Assembly (NCBI GenBank): GCA_036172245.1
Contig: JAYWIR010000025.1
Location: forward strand, 2,046,001-2,110,000
Reading direction: 5' to 3'
Origin: Raillietiella orientalis
Lineage: Eukaryota
Length of the DNA: 64,000 nt
Shown here: positions 1 to 12,720 of the stretch, piece after piece
Numbering within the stretch: the first letter of the stretch is position 1
Layout of the letters: each line of letters opens with the position of its first letter
Notes under the pieces: model-generated
Told to the model about the DNA's origin: nothing
Databases searched by the model: none
The model's input: the letters and a program-made list of their open reading frames with translations, nothing else
Position numbers and translations under genes: made by a program

Positions 1-2853
1 GATCCCCCAATTTACGTCATTTGCTGAAGTGCCAACCTGAGCTTGGAGACGATGCTACTACACTTTGAGAGGGAAGAGCATACTCGCCAAAGTTGCAAGT
101 TCTTTGACTGGTGTAAATCCATTATTAAAACAAAAATGTGGTACCAATTAATGGAAAGTAGACTTTTTGTTGAAACTAATGAAACCAAAGTATTTCACGG
201 AACCCTCTCTGTTAAACGCTTCTTACAGAGTCCTCCAATTTTATTTGTAAAAATCATGGATTTGAATAAATTTTCCATGCAATCCTTTTTTAATATTAAA
301 CATTCTTGAAGAGCTCAGGACAGTGATCAGGTCGCTCCTGATAATTTCAAAGCATTTTTTTTAGCGATCTCAGAAAGTTTCCACATTTGTAAATAAGTGC
401 TATCAATTTCATATTTCATAAAGCTAGACTGTATAGATTATAAGTATTTACAGACACTTGTACATAAATTTGATGACGCCAATTTCGAAGATGGTATTCA
501 GATGTTCTACTACATTTGCTTTTTATAGTCATCTGATGACTGATGAACCTTAGAACTCTTTTGATAATGTGGATAAAAAAGATTGTGGGGCTCAAATTTC
601 CCGTAAAGACGTAAATTCGAATTGATACGCTACAAGTTTTCCGGATGAAGAATATTATTTTCATTATGTCTCATTTAATGCTGGTAAGGAAACCAATTGC
701 TGCAGTAACTGTTTGTAGGAATCCTTTTTTCAGATTGTTGCAGTTTGCTTCTTAGTTGAAAAGTTATGATTTACGTATGAAATAATTTGAGCTTCTTTAC
801 TCAGAATCCCAGAGTTTGTCATGAAACTTTAATAATTGTAAATTACAGTTTACATAATAATAGGACGAAAGTCGAGAGTCATATCCCCAAAACTAAAATA
901 AATCGATTAATCACAATTGGTATTAGTCTTTCACAAAGTAACATCATACGAAATACTAAAGTTTCAAACCTTTTCAGGAGTAGCAAACAGTTTTACAATT
1001 CATATTAAAAAAGCATGACACATCAGCTTGTTCATTCCTGTACAAGTGTTTTTCTTTGGAGCAATGAAAAAAATTTGCGAAATTGTTTGTGACATCAAGT
1101 CTCGATGTTTCGTACATTGATGAGACATGCAGATCAAGCAATTTTAAGTTCCTACTTGAAAAAATTCTAAACAATAATTGTACGCACTGTTTCCTACTTT
1201 GAGATTTCTAATTCCATATTGAATACTTCCCTGATAGATTTTTTATTTTTCTCATCCACTCTACTTAAATGATATCTGCTTATCTGTGATACTTAGAGCT
1301 AAGTGATTTCTCATTTCTCTATTGACTACAGAGTGGCAGGTATTTGTTCGAGGACACTTGCAATTAAAAAATACGATACTAAAAAAGAGTGTAATTTGAG
1401 GAATAAGTTAAGAGATAACTAAAAGTGCAGACGTTGAAGCGTTTCCGATTTCTATCATCATGAGAAACTTAGGGAATTATTAGCCAAAACAATTTATTCT
1501 TCTTTTTAGAGCACTTTTAATTAGTTAGAAAGTAATATGTGATGACTTAGATGTAAGAGCAGTAATTGTCAACAGTATTTGAAAAGTACAAGTATGCATC
1601 TAGAAACTGTTGATTCTTTGAAATTCGCATTTCTTCTTTGAAACCTATTCGATAATTATGAAATACAAATGTAATCATTGAAGCATGTACCCTAAATGTT
1701 TTGGTTGTTAATATCCTTCCCTTGCCTAATTTAGCAATTTATTGTTGATTGGAAACTTCTCGACAGAGCTTGTTTTCTGAATTTCACGTGATTCGAAGTC
1801 ATGTCAGCAAAGAAATTTTTGTATTACAGATTTTCTTTATTAGGAAAAAAATATCTATTCAAAAAAATCCTTAAATATTTCTCCCAAGTTCAAAAATGCT
1901 TAGTTTGTACGACTTGAATCGTAAGAAATATTAGTTATAGAAGATCACGAATCTGTGAAGGAAAACACTGATGTTGAAAATCATCTTATAAAAGTTAGTT
2001 CATATAGCTAGTGTCCTATTGTTTGTTTGTTTAATTTACTGTGAACCAACACTACATCCAGGTTTACTTTAATTGAAGTGCATTGAATTCCGCAGAAATT
2101 ACGTAAGCAATGAAAATTCCTATGCTGCAAAAATACTCCTTGCTTCACAAAATGAAGCATCGAACAAATCGAATTTCGGTTACATCATAATCGATATTAA
2201 CTCTTTATGAATATTACAGAGTATATCTGGATCATGTGTTGATTCCCTAAAAGATAGTTAATGTTATCAAAACATGAGTGAAAAAAAATTAGATACTACA
2301 ACAGGGGAAAGAATAAAATTGCAAAAACGTATTTTGCATGAAATGCATTGAGGTATTACTGTCATGTTTCCATGATCTTGTATTCTGAGGAACGTATTCA
2401 GGTGATTGATGGTGCTTGCATATTTCGACTTTGAGTAAGATTTAAATGTATAACAAGGCATGTTTAGGCGATATCGTGAATCCTGTCTAGTAGCTTGGGC
2501 AAAGTCTAATTAGCAATCAATCCTTTTGTCCGAGATCAGATCGGTATCAAATCTTACTGGTGCATGATTGTTTCCACCCATTATTTGTAATGAAGAAAAA
2601 TTATTGTGCCGAATATACTAAATTCAGTTTATCTCTAGTTAAACATTAGAAAGTTTTCGATTATGAACTTTATCTCAAAACATGAAATTTTTAGTCGTGA
2701 CCGGCGTATGCATACTTTCAAAAAAGAAAATTATACGAAGAGTTTTATGTTCAGTCTTGTATATGCATATTAATCTGTACACCACTTAATAACACTTTAC
2801 AAAAAGACTCAGTCGAATGAAAAATATATGGAGTAGTGCAAAATTGAATTGCC

Positions 2854-4032
2854 ATGTCTCAGAAGAATCAAGATTGTTACTTTTATTACTACTCTTCATG
2901 TTCAAAAGTAAGGTGTTTTCTCAATTTTTAAAGAAAATATGATTAATGCTATGTAAACCAAGCAAGATTGTGCATTTCTCTGAGCTAAACTTTTTTTAAG
3001 AGTAGACTTTTAATACCATTTTGATTTATCCAGGAAGAGCAGTGCCCCTTCAGACATGAGGCATTAGCACTGGGTTGTGAAACTGTTTGTTCATTTTGGA
3101 AAAATGGAAATTGCAATAAGGACAGATGCGGTTTCAGGCACATGGAGATAAAAGTAAGAACTTTTTAATGTGGACTTTCCTCGAAGTTTTCATTGACTTA
3201 TTGTATTATTTAAGAAAAACAGAAATCGAATTCCTTGTTATTGGGAAACCCAACCTGGTGGCTGTTTGAAGATGCATTGTCCATTTTCTCATATAAGAAG
3301 TAAAGATGTTAGAGGTATGTAATCATCCTAAAGTAATGACTAATGCTTTTAAAAGTTGTGCAACCTCCTGAGAATAATGGTGCAGACTTGAGATGTAAAT
3401 TAAGAAAAAAAGATGAAGAAGATATGTGTGACACAACGGAAGCATTAGTTTCCGACGATGTTTCTCAAGGAAATGATTCTGACCAGAAACATGTTAATAA
3501 TGGTCTAATGGAAGAAGGTTCTAGTTCTGATGAAACTGTCAAGAATAATAACTATGCTGGCATTTCAGGCAAGTAGACATGTTCAAAGAGTTAGAAGTAT
3601 AATTTTATTACATGCATATCAGTCTTATGAATTATATCTAATTTTCTTCCAATGAGTTGGTAATGCATTGATAAAAAGTTTTGTTTTGAGTATTATGTTG
3701 CCATGGTTAAAACTGTTTTATTTATGAATGCATAAATGGAATGCTGAGGTGAATTTTTCTTATTTTTAGAATCAGGTAATCCTCTGTCCAGTAAAAATAG
3801 ATGGAAAAGAAAACGAAATGAAAAAGTAGAGAATGATCCATCAAAGACCAAAATACGTATCTGCAGAAGAGGTATTACACTAAGTGATAAAAGATCAGAC
3901 ACACTAATCTCTGTACCTGAATATACATTTTTAACTGATGCTTCTTGTGATATGTCAGTCACTGACATTGAAGATGAAGTTCTTCAAAGTCAAGAAATAT
4001 TACATGAAATCGATTGCTTACTGGCAGAGTAA
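2854..4032 (+). CDS. ZC3H11A: ZC3H11A-like CCCH zinc finger protein (5 coding exons, ~249 aa)
   Basis: Exons 2854-2907, 3034-3153, 3215-3314, 3356-3568, 3770-4032 total 750 nt and are in frame. They translate MSQKNQDCYFYYYSSCSK/EEQCPFRHEALALGCETVCSFWKNGNCNKDRCGFRHMEIK/KNRNRIPCYWETQPGGCLKMHCPFSH, three CCCH fingers closely resembling the ZC3H11A N-terminus, and end in acidic ...SQEILHEIDCLLAE*. Intron 4 needs a GC donor; without it the ORF stops at 3576. Confidence 0.85.
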
Positions 4033-7000
4033 TCACTGATATGAATTCTAAAAAATTGATTATAATATATTCATATTTGATTTTATTTACTGGAAGCACT
4101 GTCTACATGGCTTGATTTGCAATTTAGCTTTTAGAGCAAACATAGTGGGCATTTAAGTTTGTAGGATTAGAATGGATTTTTAGCCAACTGATCCTTCCAA
4201 ACTTGTAGCTGCAATTATTTTCTTCCTTTTACTAGCATTCTAACTGTGTACCTTTGTATCCATAGCATGATTTTTACTGACAATTACAGATGTGTCATGT
4301 CAGTTTGTTCAAATCTTGCTGTTATGCAAAACAAACAGACAGGCATTATTCTAAACATTTTTGTCAATATTTATATTTGCTAATTTTGTTTGCAATTTAA
4401 TCTAAGTGAAAGGGACACACAAGTATTTTTCTATCATAGTATTGATTAGCATGGCTGTCTCAATTCCTGGAACTTATGTTAGGCTATTAATGAATGCTCC
4501 TTTTCCCACCTCTATATTGCAATGAATTATTAACTATATTGAATTTGTGCCTCTATGCTTTGCATCAAAACACTTTGGAATCCTTAGTTTCAATAAGTGA
4601 GGCTTCCAAAAATTGAATCAGACCAAACAAAATCATTGGCATATTGGGATTATTTTTCCAAGAGAATATGTTCGCTTGCAATTTGTTGAAAGAAAATCGG
4701 TTTTGAAATATTAACAAATAGGCATTGTGGGATTAATTAAAATGCTACTTCGATTTGAAATAGAAACAGTACAATTTGATGAAGGTTTCTTTCTTTCTTT
4801 TTTTTTTCCCAGCTTTTGAGAATTGATGATTTGTTTGCATGCTGAAGTAAGAAAAAATTTACCATTGTTCAAAGTAAACTTCTCCAGCACATGATTCTTT
4901 TTCTAAATGGATTTATGGACATGTGGATGCTTTGTATATTCAAGATTTTCATCTTTGAGACGGTTGAAGGAGTTTTTTAATAACAGGAAATTCGTTTTTG
5001 AAGAGTTGTTTTTCCTTTTTTTTATGAGATTGTTGTTTTTTGTATTTGTTCTTTATTTCATATTTGAGTGAACTCCACGAGGGCAATGAACATGTAGCAT
5101 TTTTCAGATCAAGCACCGTGAGGGATGTGCAAGGATGTTCGTGACAGTTACTATCATTCAATATTTTCACCTAACGTAACTTATTTCAGCGAAATTTTCC
5201 ATTGACACCGGTAGTTTATATTCAAAAAAATCGATGGGACAGTTTGAGGAAACTAAGAGTTAAAGAGAGGGCAAAAGGTCCAAGGCATGCGATTGCTGAA
5301 ATGGGTGTCGTAAATTTTCGAGTAGGTAAAATCCACAAGATGTTGAAGCCTGCACACCAGAGCATCCGGGAAAGCCTGATAGAAAAGTAGAAAAGTAGTA
5401 GTCCGGGGTTATTGTGCAATCGTTTACGTATTGCATCTGCCCTTTGGGTGTGCGATTAAAAAGCCATTACGTAAATTCGTTTTCTGCAGTCTTCTAAATC
5501 TTCCGCCTTATTGGAACAAAGTCTTAAGTGCCTCACCATCCTTGGAAGGAATCCAACGTCGACATATATGGCGTCTCGGTGCATCTTTCTCCTACCGAAG
5601 TGCAAAGTGCTAAGGCACCGAAGGCAAAGGACCCTAAGCATACGCACATGCTAAGTTCACGTTCTGGCAAATGATACAAGGAAAAAGCCAAAGAAAACAC
5701 TGGGACTACGTAATGAGCTGATGTGGGCAAAAAAAAAAAAAAAGAAAAGGTGAAGGTTACACTTCCAGGGGAATATTTCCCACGAAACTACGTCATTTCC
5801 ACGTGTATCTTTTTGTGGGTTCTCACGTAAAGCTGCCTTTGGCACCTCCTTTAATTATTAAATGGGCGACTCGTATGCTACGCGTACATTTTCATTCTTT
5901 ATGGTGAGGAAGATGTGAGCTCGGGCGTCAGTTTTGAGTTGATTACACAGCAAATTTCATCTGACGATCTCGTCCTCAAAATCGCAAAAAACGACCGTAA
6001 ATTCAGGCACCACACATTGTACAGCTCGTCCAATGTATTGAGCGAGTATGTACTCGCAACGTTTATTTAATAAACGGGAACCCAACCTGTGTCGAAACCA
6101 GCTCCGTACAGGACATGAATCAAGGTAACTTAGGAGGGAAAGAAGATTGCTTTGGAGAAGAAGACAAAATAAACGGAAGACCATCTGTCATGCATGAACT
6201 ACCATTACCCGCAAAAAGTCAGGTGCAGATGCAGTAGCTGAGTTTCCTGTCTTTTTTTTTTTTTTGTATTCAAATGCCGACTGCACCTGAAGCTTTGAAC
6301 TCTCCTACCTTTTTTAATTATCGGCTAGGATGTCTCTCAGTGTTATGAAGAAGAGAAACTTTGCATCAATCCTGATGTACGCACGTGCGCCCTTGCATTT
6401 CAATCCAACGTTTTCAAGAGTTGGAACAATTTCTTCACTCAGCCAAGCAGTGAAACTCACCAATGGCTTTCCTGACTTCTTATGGAGTTTTTCAAATTGG
6501 GGGTGGGAGCAAACATCCGTTTGTCGGCTTCCTTTACTGCCACCGCTTGCGAATGAATGCACTGACAAATTATTTTGAAGGTCATCCCTCGCCGTGGTCT
6601 CCAAATCGGCTTTTGCTACTAGGCGTTCAGGAAAGGATTTTCAATCTGATGCGTGGGGTACCAGAAGTCTCGAAATGCCTAAAATCTCTATTTTCAAAAA
6701 AGAATACAAGAAATGAAAATACATGTTTTGAACGTTCGCTTATTCAGTAAGGAAATAGCGGAATTTCCGAGCAGTCAATTTTTTTTTTTTCCACTGAAGC
6801 ATTTTTTTTTTTTTACTGAGACATTTCCTGAAGATACGTTCGTTACAATTTGATTTTTATTCCAAACCATGCGTGATTGGCAGAAGATTGAAAGTCTCGG
6901 GAATGTGCCGCCCTCACAAATGCTCGCATGCTCTTGAATCTTCAAGTATCATCGTTAATAAATCAATTCTGCCATCGTCTCCAACAGGAATTTCTTTTCC

Positions 7001-7709
7001 CATGGCTCCTACTACTCTCCAGTGAATTGTTTGTTCGCTTTGACATTGCCATCCACTCTTCAGCAAAGTTTTTGATCTGATCTTTAGATCTATGACAAAT
7101 CTGTGACGAGGTACGAGCCCTCGTTTACTACTTATATTGATTGCAGCGTCACACTCTGTCAATAATTCCCTTCCGAATTTACTTCTACTATTTCCAAAGA
7201 TTTGGGGAAAGCTATATGGAACGTGTATGCGAGATCCTTTCCATGAGCCGGGTGGATTTTTCCTTCGATTCTAACGACTTCTGGCCCTACCTCTACTACT
7301 ACTAAGACATTCGAGTCTCACGGTCACTTGCACTTAGCGGCATTTTCTGAAGAGCCGAGATGTATGCAGAAAACCAACAGCCCTCTTCACATTCGCCTCT
7401 AAATATCTCTCAATCTGTGTTTTTTCCATTTGAAATGTTGTGATCGTGATGAGGTACGGTAGTTGTCGCGGCAGATTAGCAACGACAGCTTGGCACTTTT
7501 TGGTGATCTTAAACTGCTGACATCCTTTTTGATGATGTTCTTAACGTGATCTCTTCTGAACCTTACTTCTGCTCCGACACTCGATACTCGACAAAGGTGG
7601 CGCGATGAGATACATCCGTTGCGATTTTAGTTTGGAGTCGACGTTTTACCTTCATGACTTTTTGGAAACCATTCGATTTTCCCCACATCCCACAAGGGGT
7701 GAGGTAAGT

Positions 7710-9640
7710 TTATTTTCTTTTACATTCACACTGCATACTCATTCATTCAAATTTTCATTCACTGTCAATTAGAATTCTCGAAAGTTCACTAACTAGGAGT
7801 CACAACACTGGGGTCCTGCATTAGGGTGGGCTGGGCGTTGATTGAGCTTGGGCATCATCTTCGATCGTTTTCAGGATGTACCGATAAGTCCAGGCCGGCA
7901 CTCTGCCACAGTTCCTTATGCTGATCTCTTTCTGAATAACCCTTTGCAGGATTCCCAGGGGAGATGCGGCCGTTCTGAAGTTCCTCATCTTCCACCATCT
8001 TATGAGGATGGCGGTGATGAATAGAGCAGCGGTCATCCTAACCACTGGGTTGTAACAGGGGACGTTTCCACTTCCCTGGAACATCTTGACTAGGACTTCC
8101 GCTGGCGAGTAATTCTGCATCCCTATGACCATTTTCAGTGTCTGCCAGTCTTGATGGATTGTGGGGCAAGTCAAGACGTGAAGTCTGGTGTCCACATCCC
8201 CGGATGCTCTGCAGTCCTTATCTTGTCTTGCTCCTATAAAATGTTTCATTCTAGACCCGCTCGGAATTCCTCCATGATAGAACATCAGGAGATTATCCTG
8301 GGAGTCTGGAGATAGGTCACTCCTCCAGATCTTGGTTCCGACCATGGAAACCATTCGACGTGATCCCAGTGGTTGTCTCCTTAAAGTCTTGGATACAGGG
8401 GTCCTGTTCTTCACCTGTTTGACAATGAATCCATTCAAGTCCTGCGGAGTGATTTACAAGAAGAAACCTGAATCTGAGGTGACCCCGTGCTCCTGACATT
8501 CGAAACGCAGACGATTTTGGTGTGGACTGGTGACATCACGCAAACCACAAGAACGAATTTCTTCTTCCCTCGACTCGGGGAAGCGAAATATGTACATTCC
8601 CGATGTCCACCATCACAAAAGGGAAGCATCCGAGCAGCGTCGTCGCTTTCAGGAACTTTCCGCGCGTGGCAGGCGCAGAGGGCGCTCTGTGCCTTGGAGT
8701 CATCTACGCGAGCCGATTCTTTCCTCAAAGATCTGAAGGAGGCATCCTCCCTGACGCTCGAAGCACTCAGTATGAACTCAGTATTTGGAGGACCTGACTT
8801 TTTCGTCATGAGGGCTGCCATGATGCCCTCAGCTGGTGACGGGGCTCGAGTTCTCTCCGAAGACCACCCCACGGTTTTCTGTAAGGGCAAGCGCAGCCAT
8901 GGTCGCACTTGGACGCCAGGATTTACCGCATGTGACCCGTGACACTATCCAAGTGAAAAGAGATGCCAATGAGGGTCCAATCGATGGTCCAGCAAAACTT
9001 AAAAGGTGAGGTGGGGGGATTCGCCAAGTGGTCGCATCACTTTCGAACGGGAAAGCCTCCGTTCGATGATGGTTTCATGACTTCTCCAGAAAAAGTGTGT
9101 CTGCTGAATTCCAGTCAGGAAGAAATGATCTGCAGCACTCTGATGCCTTTCTTCTTGCAAAGTTGGGAGGTCCGCAGCGGAGCCGCACGCCACAGATTCA
9201 CCTTGAGTCCGCATCCTTCCTTCCACCAGCGACCCCGAGGTTCAGCGTCCCGTCCCACACCCCATTCACGTTTGCACGCGTCCACGCGCGATCCGAGGCG
9301 AGCAGGACATGCCACGGGATTCGGAGCACTTTGCGAATCGCGCGCTCTCCTCTTTTCAAACTCGAGGATGCGGTGCAGAAACTTGAATAGGAGAGCGGCG
9401 GCGCCCCTCCTGCCCCAGGGTTATCGCAGGAGCCACAAACTCCCTCGCTTAGGTTCTCCGCACGCGCTCTCGAACATACGAGGTAGGAGGGGAATCTCGG
9501 TGTCTGCCTTGCCATGCTTTGCCGAATGGCGGGCGGGTCACGAGCTCGAAGCGGCCCCGCCCTTTTGCAGCCCTCCGCTAGACATCCGGTGGAAATGCCA
9601 AAGAACTGTTTGCCCTCTTGAGGGGTGGGCGTCTCACGGA
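7710..9640 (-). mobile_element. Degenerate 5'-truncated non-LTR retrotransposon (L1/Tx1-like), copy 2
   Basis: Minus-strand remnants: GCGLKVN and IRVLQI (late RT motifs, ~9130-9215); C-terminal knuckle-like CRASGDVDTRLHVLTCPTIHQDW followed by ILIRWWKMRN (ORF 7821-8438). 3' tail has TGAA repeats and AATAAA (TTTATT on + at ~7709-7714). Multiple frameshifts. Confidence 0.7.
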
Positions 9641-9775
9641 GCTCTTTGACGCTGTCCACGCCACCCGAGGTGAATGTAGTAATCTTCAAGTTAGGGGTTG
9701 GCCGCTAGAGGGGACCACCCTTTGAGTCCAGGAAGGGTTCAGGAGGAAGTAGTCCATTCCTCTCACTCTTAGGAG
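9640..9775 (-). mobile_element. SINE-like family copy A (3' terminal fragment)
   Basis: GCTCTTTGACGCTGTCCACGCCACCCGAGG...TCCAGGAAGGGTTCAGGAGGAAGTAGTCCATTCCTCTCAC matches the ends of the copies at 26247, 28309, 31248 and (inverted) 29473. Confidence 0.8.
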
Positions 9776-9809
9776 TCTTCACCCGGGTTCGCCGGGGCAT
9801 TCATTTATA

Positions 9810-12720
9810 GATTAAATAAACATTTACGCTTTGTGTGGTCGTACCACCGGTCCAGATCACAGTCTGCTAGGGGCAGTCCTCTGCATCCTTGGAAGGATGC
9901 TGGCAAGGTCTTGCTTTAGGCAGATGTCCATCTGGGTCCATCTGACCGCTATCCGTAAAAGGCGAAGAGTGAAGTGGATGCCGTCCCTGTCGTTGGTTCC
10001 TCCGTTGACGTCTCTCCACCCCGCCGCGATCCCTCGGAAGCAGCACGGTGATGCAAGAGATGGCTGCAGGGCGTCCCACCCAAAGGAAAATCGTATAACG
10101 TCTCTGGCGTTGCCTCCCGGGGTTCCAAGGGTCGCGGCAAAGCGTCCCCAAAGGGGCCAGAGGACGGCACAGTCACTAGGAGGTGCGTGCGGGATTCCTG
10201 CTCTCCTCACTTAGCACAGTTAGGGGCCATACCCTCTCGCGTCCAGTGATGACGGCGGGCATTGCTCGGGAGGCCACAGTGCAGCAGCATGAACGCCGAC
10301 TTCTTCCACTTTAAGGGGAGGGTGTGGGTGTTCATGAGCACCGGAAAACCGCTGCAGGTCTTCCTCCGAAATACCCAGTAGCATGCTCCACCACAAAAAT
10401 CCATGAAGTGGAGCAATCGGGGTCGCAGCATCGGTGTGCTGGCTCGTCGTTCACTCTCCCAGTCCTCTTCTCCGTCCGGAAATTTGCACAGTAACCTCCC
10501 ATCTAGCCGTAAGGCTATTGCTCTTGTGTTCCCTGAGGAATGACAGCGTAGCGGCGAGGGAGGTTCTGCTTGCCCATGCACTCTTCGTGGGATCTTCCAG
10601 GATCTCCCGGAGCATGCAGTTGTTGTGGCGCGCGTACAGGAAACGTCGCAACTGTTCCGCGCTCGGCTCCCCGGCCACGTGCGAACGGTTTTTTACAGTT
10701 AGACACTTCCTTTCGCGGGGCGGAACGAGATCCATACGTTTTTTCTCGCCAGAGTGGCTGCAGGTGCAATCCGCCGTGGATGAGGCTACATGGACGGCGC
10801 GCAAGGAAGGACACGAGTTCTACGCTGCCGTGGCTTGCTGGACGAGATGTGCAGGTTGGCACCAGACGGTGCGCCAAAATTTTTCCATGAGGGCCAATGT
10901 TCGAAAATGGAACTGCATCTCCATTTGCTCCAGCGTCTGGGGGGACATAGGCCGCCGTCCCGGCGCGGAGCACACAAGTCCTTCAGGTGAACTCGGGGCC
11001 TCCCTTTGCCCCAGAGGGCGATCCGGAGGAGGTCCTTTCTCCGCTTTCTGATGCTGCATGGCGGGGAGCAAACAAAATTAGCGGGTGGAGGTGTGGGCCA
11101 CGGAAACGTTCCACTGCGGCCCGTTCTAGGAGGTAAAACCCGTCTCTTTGAAACGGGCCGAGTTTTTGCAGTGCTTTCTGAAGACGGCCGGACCAGACTT
11201 CTGCTCCGCAGAAGTCCCCCAACGGGACACCACGTACTTTAATTGCCAGCCCATGAAATCCCCAGGATGATGCAGTCCGAACGCCCTGTCCACGCCTCAC
11301 CAACGGGAACCATGGATGACTTCGCCCTGTTCACCAGTGGTCCGTCCCGCTGCTGAGCAACTCGAAGAAACTGTCAAGTGCACATGCCGGGGTGGACATA
11401 AGGAGCACCAGCAGAAGATCGTCCGCGTATGCTGAGACGGCAGGCGTGCCGGGACATACGCGCGGCTGGAGAGCCAGAGTCTCCCTGTATGCTCTCAGCA
11501 CCAATTCGAAATAGGTGCTAAAGAGCAGGGGGCTCAAAGTGTCACCCTGCCTTATGCCGCGTCACATCGGCACGCCATGCACCGTTTGCCCGCTGAAAGA
11601 GGTGTTGATGAGCTCGTGGCGCTAGCTGGAGCACAGATAGGCCGACAATGCGGAGGAGACCGAGGAAGGAGTCTGTTCCTTTCACGCTTGGGAGGGAACT
11701 CGGAAGGGAGCCCTGTACTCTGGTTGTCTCCGAAGGGAACCTCTTCCTTGTCCTCTCCAGAGGGACCCCCCATCAAAGAGGGCCTTCCCGGAATTTCTTC
11801 TTCGGAGGGAACCCGCAAGTGAAACTCTTCCTGCTTCCTCCTCCTCTGAAGAGAACCCCGAAGGGTCGCTTCCCGATTTCTCTGATGGGTCGCTACTCGA
11901 AAGGAGCAGGCAGCCCCCCGAGGAGGGTATCAACCAGCTCCATGGTAAGTGACGGCTCTACTTCCACAGCTGGATGGGAACCTCGAAGGCTTCCATGATT
12001 CCTGGAAGGACTTCGGAGGGTCAACTTCCGATTCCAGGCCAGTCAACGGGGGCCATCCGGTTTCCACCAGTGCCGCACCTGAAGACCACAGGCCAACCAG
12101 CGTCATCCTGCTGGGAAGGGAGGGGGGGAGACTCGAAACCCACAACGCACTCGCATTTGTCGACGTCGATCCTCCACATGGGGATTCGAACTCGCAACGC
12201 TTGGCACATCATACCAGCGCGGTGGAAATGCTGCGGAGAGTCACCGTGCGGCGTGGCAATGAAGCGGCACCCTTAAGAAAAGTGTCGAACTTCTCCATAA
12301 TTTGAACTGATTGACTGCTGGCTGCCTCTTCAGATCGAGACTGCTTGGTGTGGTTATCCATACCCTCCCACAATCCACACTTCTTGTCCGTTCCGGTTTG
12401 CCACGGGTTCAGAGCACCGTCCTCAGTCCCGGAGGCGTACACATAACACTCTTTATTAGGAGAAAATCGAGCGCAGTGGGTTTGTCCAAAATGACCCTTA
12501 AAAGGACCTGGTCCCACCCTGTTACGAATTCATGTTCATGCAATTTTCAAATCATCTGCTCCAGAAAACAAGCATCTTGCCTGGGGGGTGCAAGGACGCA
12601 CTGTTCGCTTTGGTATCTGCAGTTACTTCGCTTGCCTGCAAGACGTGGGGAAGACGAGGGAAGGTTCTGTCTGCACTTTCTGCTCCAGGAGGACGCAGGA
12701 TTGAATCCGTGAGCACGCTA
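9810..12720 (-). mobile_element. Degenerate non-LTR retrotransposon (L1/Tx1-like) ORF2, copy 1, interrupted by SINE copy B
   Basis: Ordered RT motifs on the minus strand: FPTSCRQAK*LQIPK (~12610-12655), LNPWQTG and EKFD (~12290-12410), *RGIRQGDTLSPLLF (~11520-11565), SAYADDLLL (~11410-11435), GPLVNRAKS (~11320-11345), IKVRGVPLG (~11215-11245). Then C-terminal LLHCGLPSNARR...NCAK*GEQESRTHLL/DCAVLWPLW (~10150-10290). Stops and frameshifts throughout. May extend to ~14500 (endonuclease region not convincingly readable). Confidence 0.85.
11660..12260 (-). mobile_element. tRNA-headed SINE-like family copy B (3' end missing)
   Basis: B-box-like AGTTCGAATCC on minus strand (12182-12192); core GGCCAACCAGCGTCATCCTG (12091-12110); hairpin-rich body homologous to copies C-F. 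Sits between the KxFD-like and QGD RT motifs of LINE copy 1. Confidence 0.8.
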
